From Octopus sinensis (Eukaryota), in contig NC_043000.1 of the NCBI RefSeq assembly GCF_006345805.1, forward strand, positions 52,080,001 through 52,144,000: 64,000 bases of DNA, given 5' to 3'. Below the pieces are notes generated by a model, which was not told where the DNA came from, did not search any database, and saw nothing but the letters and a program-made list of their open reading frames with translations. The stretch's first letter is position 1; each line of letters opens with the position of its first letter. Below, piece after piece: positions 54,100 to 64,000 of this stretch. The position numbers were made by a program, and so were the translations under genes.

Positions 54100-54777
54100 A
54101 GATGTCCTCTTCAAGAAATTGATGAGCTAATTTTTCAAATGTGTTTTATTGTGTTTTCGGAGAATAGACATTACCTGGAAATTGAAGAAACATCGCGAAT
54201 TCTGTTGAAAGAGCCTATATGGCTATTTTGGGGTCAAAATTGGGAGACCAAGATAAAAATTGGGCACCGCACAGTGTCTGCAAACAATGTACATAACATT
54301 TATGACAATAGACTAATGGGACAAGGTAAAGTATGAGGTTTGCTATAGCAATGGTATGGCAGGAACCCTATAATCAAGTGGACGACTGCTATTTTTGTAA
54401 ACTAAATTCGAAGGGTATTTACCGGAAAAATCGATAAACGCTTGTCTATCCTAATCTTGCCTGTGTTATTAGACCGGTTCCACACAGTGAAAAGCTTCCT
54501 GTTCCTCTCTTCCACATAGTGAAAAGCTTCCTGTTCCTGACTTTGAAGACAGATAACTTTACCATTTGCCAAAGAAGATTCATCACCTGAAGATGACACT
54601 AGAGATCAAGACTTTACAGTGGAGACTTTACCTCAGCTAATCTCCCAGGTAGAGCTGAATGATCTAGTTCACGACTTGAACCTCCCAAAAATTTTGGCAG
54701 AACTGTTGGCTTCCCGACTGAAAGTGAAGAATCTTATAGAGAATGGTGTCCGTATAACAACGTTTTGCTGCCCAGTG
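54100..54777 (+). mobile_element. Chapaev3-type transposase N-terminal relic (internally deleted)
   Basis: YFGVKIGDQDKNWAPHSVCKQC...AMVWQEPYNQVDDCYFC...YPNLACVIRPVPHSEKLPVP...SQVELNDLVHDLNLPK..AELLASRLKVKNL; ends cccagtg|taa. Confidence 0.8.
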
Positions 54778-54779
54778 TA

Positions 54780-55190
54780 ATTGACTTTACAGTCCCAATT
54801 GATGAAAAAATTAATATATGAGAGGTATAGAAATAATAGCAAAGTACCAGGACCTAGTTATTGAATTAAAGAGACCATGGAAAGCGCAGGTACAATGTAT
54901 CCCAGTAGTTATAGGTCTATTGGGAACTATCCCTAAAGATCTGAACAGATGGATAGAGGAAATAAACATAAAACCCAGTTTAGTACAGCTTCAGAAAACA
55001 GTGTTATTGGTGATAGCTAGGATATTTAAGGGAATTCTTGCCAACTAAGGTTACTTGCTGTCACCCAATAGGAGGGTTCGTGGCATCTAAGGTTACTTGT
55101 TGTAGCCCGATGTTAGGATTCATTTCTTTTGCTACAGTCTAATTTGTTGAGTGGATATGCAAATGATATCAATGATAATACTAATAATTA
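54780..55190 (+). mobile_element. R4/Dong-type 3' end (RLE plus 3' UTR)
   Basis: IDFTVPID...KYQDLVIELKRPWK...IPVVIGLLGTIPKDL...LQKTVLL..ARI; ends in a decayed TAA tract. Confidence 0.8.
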
Positions 55191-55640
55191 TTATTAGAAA
55201 GGCACCGAGGTGGCAGAATCGTTAGCAAGATGGTCGAAATACCTAGCGGTATTTTGCCCGTCGCTACGTTCTGTGATCAAATTCCGCCGAGGTCGACTTT
55301 GCTTTTCATCATTTCGGTGTCGATAAATTAAGTATCAGTCAAGTACTGGGGTGGATGTGATCAATTGTCCCCCTCCCCACAAAAATCCAGGCCTTGTGCT
55401 TATAGTAGAAAGTATTATTATTATATGTTTGACTTTTGCTTTGTATTTGTACAAGTTGACTTCAAGTCTCACCCAGAGACCTGAAGAGACAAGTTAAAAG
55501 TTCAAGTTGGTGTTAAAACTAGGGTGCCATATATTTGGTTTTGCATAAAGTTATTGTTGTTGAATGAGAGAGCAGTCCATGTTATCAAAGTGACACAGTA
55601 TACCCATCATGTGACACAGTATACCCATCATGACTACCCG

Positions 55641-55738
<98 letters not shown>

Positions 55739-56241
55739 CATCTATCTATCTATCTATCTGTCTGACTATTGATCTGTCTATTTATAATATGTATGTATAT
55801 ATGTATGTCTGCGTGTTGAAGAATCTCCGCCTATTACATGAATAAATATGTAAGAACCTACTTATATATGTCCAGTTACATAGAGACAGAAGTATCCGAT
55901 TAATAAATGCATGTCGGTGATATATACACATCCACCAAGCACATACATACACAAAGACAAACACACACTCACACTAACACGTACACATACATACACACAC
56001 ACACACACACAGACACACACACTCATACAGTTATATGTTTTCTCATAAAAAATATATTTATCACTCATTGACTTCACTTACTCGTCGTTTACGTAATTGG
56101 CAAAGAGGGAAATAGGATTAAAGCTGTAGAAAACTGGAGACCAATAAAACAACATAACATAAAACTCTGTTGTTGAAATATTGATTTCTTTGCCCTGTAT
56201 GGAAAAAGCCTTAGAAACTTCGAACTAACAAAACAATATGC

Positions 56242-56282
<41 letters not shown>

Positions 56283-56341
56283 TGTGCGAATGTGCCTGTT
56301 TGTCTCTCTCTCTCCCTTTCTCTCTCTCTCTCTCTCTCTCC

Positions 56342-56378
<37 letters not shown>

Positions 56379-56432
56379 CATATGTACATACATACATATA
56401 TATGTGTAAATATATATATTTGTTTCTCTCTC

Positions 56433-56463
<31 letters not shown>

Positions 56464-56519
56464 CATATACATACATACATATGTACATACATACATATAT
56501 ATGTTTAAATATATATATT

Positions 56520-56587
<68 letters not shown>

Positions 56588-56711
56588 TGTGTGTATATAT
56601 GTATATATTTATATACAAATAAGTACATGTGAATATATATAAATGTATGTATATTCATGTATATATATATATATGTGTGTATATATATATGTACATACGT
56701 ATCTATATATG

Positions 56712-56794
<83 letters not shown>

Positions 56795-57239
56795 TACAGA
56801 TATGTGTTCGTGTGTGTGTGTGTTGTGTGTTCGTGTGAGTGTGCGTCTGAGAGGTTAATTAAGGGGGAAAATCGTGTGAAAGCCTGTCTGACGCATATAT
56901 TTTAAAATGCTATTATGTGTACTGTAATGACCATAAATTTCCTTTTTAGGTTGTATTATTTTGGCTTCACGATTGCAAGGTGTCGTTTCATTGCAAACTT
57001 GGCACTCGGCATGATTTCTTCACAAGTTTTAGTTTCATGTTTTCTCGCCTGTCAGTGTTTAGAAAGAGGAATAACGACTCACAAACATAAAAAGCAACAA
57101 CTCTCAAGTTGAAATTATACATTATGTTTGGTTTTTGATTGCTGTTTAAATGAATATTCTCTGTTCAGTTTTTCATTTAGAACGTCTGCTTTAAATAAAT
57201 CTCGTCCCTCAATGAAAAATATGCAATACTAATACAATA

Positions 57240-57416
57240 TACAGTTCTATCTTTAAGAGATGAGGAATTAAGTACATAGTTTATATTATTTACAATTGAT
57301 GGATGTTTGTCATCTTGTTTGTTGTTAACACAATGTTTCGGCTGATATACCCTCCAGCCTTCATCAGGTGCCTTGGGGAAATTTTGAACCTGGGTTCTTC
57401 CTAAGGTGTATTTTGA

Positions 57417-57452
<36 letters not shown>

Positions 57453-57510
57453 CATTGTTAAGAGCGCGGGCTACCAACTCCAAGATTCCGAGTTCCATTC
57501 CAGGCAGTGA

Positions 57511-57578
<68 letters not shown>
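57240..57578. mobile_element. Family H locus: tail with hammerhead on minus (57240-57452) fused to head on plus (57457-57578)
   Basis: Minus tail matches 46920-47100; plus segment gttaagagcgcgggctaccaactccaagattccgagttccattccaggcagtgacctga(ata)n. Confidence 0.85.
57327..57372 (-). ncRNA. Minimal type I hammerhead ribozyme motif, best-preserved stem II
   Basis: GGCAC-CTGATGA-A-GGCTGG-agggtata-TCAGCC-GAAAC-ATT-GTGTT (ACGT to ACAT, CpG-type change in stem III). Confidence 0.72.
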
Positions 57579-57579
<1 letters not shown>

Positions 57580-57924
57580 TGATACTAATATATAAGTTTC
57601 AAAGTTTGGCACAAGGCCAACGATTTTGTTGGGGTTGGTGTAAATCGATTACATCTACCCCAGTGCTCAACTGGTAGTTATTGAATCGACCCCGAAAAGA
57701 TGAAAAGCAAATTCTACCTCGGTGGAATTTGAACTTAGAATGTAATAGGGACGAAATGCCGCTAAGTACATTGTCCGGCGTGATAATGATTCTGCTAGAT
57801 TGCGCATTGTAATATAGGTTTCAAATTTTGGCACAAGGGTAGCAATTTCGGGGAAGTGGGTAAGTCGATTACATCGACCCCAGTGCTCAACGGTACTTAT
57901 TTTATCGAATCTAAAAAGATGAAA

Positions 57925-58058
57925 AGCTCATCAGGGATGGCCAAAACAGTCCTTCGGGGAACAGTCAAAGGTAGCAGACAGAGAAAGAAGTGGGAAAACA
58001 ACAACTGTGAGTGGACAGGTCTAAAAATGAGAGACGCAGTGCGACAGTCAGAAGACCT
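57925..58058 (+). mobile_element. RTE (BovB-like) C-terminal fragment inside a family B SINE
   Basis: SSGMAKTVLRGTVKGSRQRKKWENNNCEWTGLKMRDAVRQSED. Confidence 0.7.
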
Positions 58059-58630
58059 CGTCACAATTTGAACTTAGAACGTAAAAGCGGGTGAAGTACC
58101 GCTAAGTATTTTTCCTGGCGTACATACTATTCTTCGAGCTCCCTGCTTGATAGTAATAATGTAATATATTGTATTACACATTATATATACTAATATATTA
58201 AATACGTTTAATTATTCGTATATCTTATCTTTTCAAGCAATTCGTTTGAAAGTTCTTTATTGATGGAATTAGCTGTTAACACACATATTTTGCGACAAGC
58301 TGACAGTCTGGCACATACATGACTGCCGTAATTAAACTTCAAATATGGCCATTCTTTGTTGGTCAGTGAAAAAAATATACCGACCGTCTGTTATAATATT
58401 GGAATGCTATTCATGCAGAACAACATGCAAGCAATTACTGAACTGAATTAGTAAATAAAGTGTTATTATAGCACCACCACATTTTAGATTATTTGATCTC
58501 ACTATATTTCATCTGAATGAGAAGATATGTTTCACGACTAATATTAATTGATTTCTTTCACATTCTAACATTTCCTAATTCTCATCGATTGTTTCTTGTC
58601 GCATTAATTCGCTGTCATGATGCTTTAGTA

Positions 58631-58815
58631 CAGGCGTCCCCAAACACCGGACCGCTCAGAAAGAATGAAGTTTAAAATTTTATTTCTCTTTTATTGGCTA
58701 TTGGCTATCGCATTCTGCACGGTGCTTTTAATTCATATACATGTATATATATATTATATATATATATATATATTATATATATTATATTATGTGTGGGTGT
58801 GTTTGTGTATATATA

Positions 58816-58859
<44 letters not shown>

Positions 58860-59278
58860 TATATATGTTATATATATATTTATATATGTATGTATATATA
58901 TAACGGGAAGCTTTATGAAAATAAACAAAAGACGAAGGCAGGTGGAAGACAAACGAACATTGTATTAGTATGGCGCTCAGGAAATATAAATAAAACAAGT
59001 CTTTAACGTTTCGAGTTTCGAGCTACGCTCTTCAACAGAAAGATACACAGAGAGAGAAAAACACAGAAAGAAGGAGAGAAAAAAAATGCGTGCAGTAGCT
59101 AACGAATCAACATGGCGATCTGATTTCGGCCAGAGGTCAAAGATCAAACATGAGACGCGAGAGCGAAATAAGGGAGATAATAGGTTTATAAAGGGTTGAG
59201 TGACCAGCTAAAAGTGCATGGGAGGGGTCTGGATGTGTGTATGTATATAGGTTGGTGTATGTATTAGTATGTATACGG

Positions 59279-59309
<31 letters not shown>

Positions 59310-59463
59310 TATAAGTGCGTATGCGGGTCTGGACGTGTGTATGTATAGGGTTGGTGTAAGTATTAGTATGTACTAGTAGTATTAGTACGTATTAGTATGT
59401 ATTAGTTGGTGTGTGTATTAGTATGGCACATCATATGTATATATTATATATATATATATATAT

Positions 59464-59510
<47 letters not shown>

Positions 59511-59645
59511 TATTATATATATTGATAATTAAATGATATATTATGCACATTATTCTGTTCTGTTATGCGCATGGCAGCCCAGTCCGTGGAAAAATTGTCT
59601 ATCATGAAGCCAGTCTGTCGTATCAATAAGCCTGAGTAAAGCTAT
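58631..59645 (+). mobile_element. hAT-Charlie (MER1-like) non-autonomous element, interrupted
   Basis: Left end caggcgtccccaaacaccggaccgc; right subterminal gtccgtggaaaaattgtct resembles MER1-type ends (from memory); right TIR decayed. Confidence 0.5.
58900..59210 (-). mobile_element. Penelope-type pLTR-like repeat with hammerhead-like motif (59000-59043)
   Basis: Minus strand TCTTT-CTGTTGA-A-GAGC-gta-GCTC-GAAAC-(TCGAAAC duplicated)-GTT-AAAGA. Confidence 0.55.
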
Positions 59646-60663
59646 TTTACTGGGTCTCCGTGATTAGTAGAAAGAAGGAAGGTATGTAACCTCAAGCCAG
59701 AGACCAGATGCGCGGCGGAAATGCTTGCAACACAGGTGGCTTCTCTAAAATTTCCCAAACATTAGTCGAATTTTGGATTCAAAGAGTTTTAAGATATACC
59801 ACAAGGCATCCTATTCTATGCTTTAATTCTTTCGAACGAAAGATAAAGTTTACCTTGTTGGGATTTACAATAAAATCAGAAAGTACCAGAAAAAGACCTC
59901 ACAAAAGTTCTAGCGACTTTACCCAGTTTACTTGTAAAAATATTTGCAACCACAGAAGGACATAAATCCATTAAACAAAGTTTACGAGGCAGAGGACCTG
60001 TCTACAGAGCTATGCAGACAACATAAAATTTTTATTAAAAAAAAATTCTAATGGTAAAAGGACAGTTCTCATGTCTACTTACAAGAAGTCACAGACTAAA
60101 TGGGGCAAAAGAGGATAACATAACTCACGAGATCCAGGCCGAATGCTTAAGAGAGAGTGAACTCCATTAATGGTGCACAATAGCAAGTTGCTGGCTCAAA
60201 ACCAAGTACCATATTACAAATATCTCACCTCGACACAAGACTGTTCAATCTAACCACATTGAAGATTCTTATTGCATCAATGTTTATTGTATCAATGTCT
60301 TTTCGCCCCACAATGAAACTAACTACATTTCCTTCTTTCCTTCAGAATATAATTTGTGATACGTATCATAAAGGTAATAGTGAAAACTTTGGCTAGCTGT
60401 ATTGGTTCACTTATCCAGTCCCTTCAAGTTATATCCACAACAATATTAATCTGAAAGTGACATGAGCATCTCTGTGGTGCCTATTTATATTTTGATGGTC
60501 CTGAGATCATGGAACTTTGTCATATTCTAGTTATATACTGTTTTACTTTGCAGACATTGGTTAAATATGTATTTGCATATTTTTTAAGTAAAACGTGGTA
60601 AAAACGCGACGTTCGATTACATATGTGCACATACATAATTACATATACATATAAACACGCGCG

Positions 60664-60695
<32 letters not shown>

Positions 60696-63600
60696 CTCTC
60701 CCTCTCACACACACATGCACACACGCACACACACATACATATAAAGTGTGCGAAGTTCAGTAGTATATTTATAAATTACACGAATTGTTCAATATGTATT
60801 TTCACATTTACTCCACTTAAACTTGACCATCGACTTGTAAGTGATGGGTCATACATCTACTTGTTGCACAATAGGTTCTCGATTACAAGTTGTTACCAAT
60901 AGAAGCAATACATTCTGAATTACTATCACAAAGCATAATACTTAAATATGCAGCATAAGTTTGGGAAAATGAAATGGCTAAAGTATTTTTCTTCGGCAAA
61001 TATTTCGTGGAAACAAATGCCTTTTACAAATATTTGTTTTCGACTTGAAATTAAGCAGTAGACAATTTTCCAATCTACAAAACCCAAGAAGAAGAAAATC
61101 TCTGAGAGGTTGGAGAAAAACCAGGAACAAAATATATCAGAAAAGTGTTTCTTTTCTGATATAATCTTTTAAATGAAATGCGAAAGATTAACTATACCAA
61201 ATCGTATATGTTCTACATAATAGCAAATACATAGGCGTCAAATGCAGAAACCATAATGCAGAAACCTAACTATCCCATGGTATCAGTTACTAATAAGATG
61301 AGAAGCTAAACAATAGCGAAGTCTTACACACATCGAGATACGTTATAAAGTCAAATAACCGTAGTAGTAAAAATGATGATACGTATTACCATACTTATGT
61401 TTGTATATCAATAAACAGCATAATGATCAGAGTCAATCGTCGATAGCTGTAATGCTAGTTATAGTATTAATGTGTATAAAGTAATAGCACACACCACCAT
61501 CTTCATCCTTACAAATGTAGCCTTTTATAACAAGAACAAAGAGCTAATGGAGGATCCTCTATATAAAGCTCGACGTGGTGGCATTAGCAACCAAATCTCT
61601 TCGAAATAAAACCTCATTCTTCTGAATAAAAACAGGATAAATTGTATAAGGTAGCTTTATACACAAGCTTTAAAAAAGACAGGTTGGTCAATGCTGGAAA
61701 TTCTTACATTATAGGTTTGCAAGAATGTAGCTGACGAGGCTGAAGAACAACAGCGACAAAGACTAATATATAATACTTTATTTGACCCTTAAAGCAAACA
61801 AAATACAAATTAGTACGCTTAGACAGCCTTAAAAATTATTATTGATATAAATGTTACTATTTAAGTTGTATAAAGTATATTGATAGATATCAAAATATTA
61901 ATGGCAGCATCATATACATATAATTCATTTGAATAGATATATTTTGAGAGTAATAGACACAAAGTGGAAGATGATGATGAACGTTCTTAAGAGTCGTAAA
62001 CGAACCTACTGATTTCACCATGCAATAATAATAATTTGTAACATAGACACAAGACCACAAAGTTGGAGAACTTAAATTCACTAGAGTACATGACTGGTAT
62101 ATATATTTAAAAAAATATTTACCGAAGACCGGATCAATGAAAACCAAAATTTGCTCGGCAGTATTTGAGCTGAGATCTCAAACTGATGGAACTAAAGCCG
62201 AGAGGCATTTTGTCCGGCGCTTTGAACTCCGTGTCAAGCTAGCAACATAAAATCATCAATTATAAATATGATTTCTTCCTATGGCTGTTGGTTAGAAATT
62301 GTAGAGAAATCAAGCGATATTTTAAAAAGAATGGACAAAAGTATTTTACTGGTAGCTTTTGTATCAACAAAAGATAGACGAAACTATCAATAAACTGCCG
62401 TAAGAGATGTACGCCCTGAGTTTTGTTGTTTTATCATTATTTAGTTCCGTAAAAGTGTAAAATATTTCAAATATATTCTAATCTTGCTCATACAGACGTA
62501 TACTTTTCGCATCCACGTATCATGGCATCCCTTTTTGAGAAAGAATAGGAACGACATCTGGTAGGATACAATTTAGAAGGTCAGCCGATATTTCTAGTAG
62601 GCTGCGCAATCGTGTAAAATCTCCATAATTGTTATCTACCCCAAGGTCTGCCCGATCAGGCGTATGTTTAAATTGATCTATCTGTAAACATCATGATTTT
62701 AGTGCTATGTATGACATGTTTCCTTTCCTTATTTAAGACGTTAGGGAGTGATGTGAGAAAGATTTAGCAGACATTTCTAGTTGACCTATTGGCCACATTG
62801 TGGATCCCTCGCTGGCTCGAGTGAGAGCATAATGCAGTGAGATATTATATACTATTCCTAATGTTTCTTCCAATTCATCAACTTAATTCTCATAACAATA
62901 TTAATGAGTGGATTTCAATACAGGTATAGGACCATATATTTTGAGAAAAATCAAGATCGTATAAGTCGACTGCAACACTTGATTGGTATATATTTTATCG
63001 TTTCTGGAATGATGAAAGATAATTTTAACTCGGTGGTATTATATTTGTTTACGTTCTATAATAGTTTGTGTACAATAGAGGTATTGGTTACAGGTTTTCT
63101 ACGAACCATTCATTATCCACTGCATTTCTGATAGAGATAGTGACAAGCAACTGTCTGTATATTGATGTGGAACAAACATATCTCTACGCTAGCGTTCGTA
63201 AAATACTGTTTTCTTTTCTTCTAGCCCGTGTTTTTATCCATAGCCGATATATCAATAAGCATCGGCAAAATACACACTCGCGCACACACATACACACACA
63301 CACGCTCTCACTCACACTAGAGATCTTTTTGAAAAGCAATATGGAATTAAAATATTTGAATATTTCAATAGCTAGACAAGCTTTCCAGAATAAGATGAAA
63401 AAAGCAATTCTTACCTTGAAGGGAAACCTTTAAGAGAAAGCCAGCTCTGAATAGCGCATAGTGTGTATGGCGACGAATTAGATATATTTAGAAAAGATTT
63501 CACGAATGTGTTTAATAATATGTTTAAGAATCGCAGTTAATAATACCAATCTGATAGTAATTAATCTTCAGTATATGACTTTAAACTTAGACACGAATAA

Positions 63601-64000
63601 ATTCGGCCCTTACTAAAGATTTAATGGAAAGTTATTTTTATATCAATATCAGTTGTAGTTATTTGTCCATTCTGTGATTTGTAGCTTCTAATATTAGCAG
63701 GAGATTCATTTTACTCTTCTCGAAAGAAAATATTTTTACTGCCTCTCATTATTATAACGACTATTTGGGTTATAGTGGATGTTCAGAGTAACTCGATATA
63801 CACAGCAAGACACAGGAAGATAACTAGAATTATCTTGAAGTATAATCGAAATGTCACTTTCAATGTGAGAACAAATATTGCAAAAGAATTCGTAAATTTA
63901 ATATGTTCTCATTTTCCGTCGAACAATAGATATTAGCAGCTGGAAAAATTTTGCTAGCTCTATCAAGCGATTCAATATAAAAAAAATTACCTCCAACAAA

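Overview
AT-rich eukaryotic (animal) non-coding DNA, saturated with microsatellites ((TA)n, (CATA)n, (CA)n, (ATCT)n, (TAA)n, (GAT)n) and decayed transposable elements. The SINE and microsatellite repertoire resembles what I know of octopus (coleoid cephalopod) genomes; this is an inference, not checked by search. I find no confidently identifiable host gene, and almost all listed ORFs are microsatellite artefacts. Recognisable elements: a complete mariner, a Tc1 end, two Chapaev3-type transposase relics, a Helitron helicase fragment, a MER1-like hAT element, two MITE-like foldbacks (one carrying telomeric repeats), R4/Dong-type and RTE LINE fragments, three Penelope-like (PLE) RT/GIY-YIG relics and several tRNA-derived SINE families. 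The most striking observation is a family at 5 loci (6 ribozyme motifs) in which a tRNA-like Pol III head is joined through a (TAA)n tract to a tail carrying a minimal type I hammerhead ribozyme of the Penelope kind. Four of the five loci carry an inverted partial copy upstream, so it is a candidate SINE mobilised by Penelope machinery. A second oddity is a SINE that integrates as head-to-tail multimers inside a single TSD. All coordinates were read by eye; boundaries of decayed elements are approximate.
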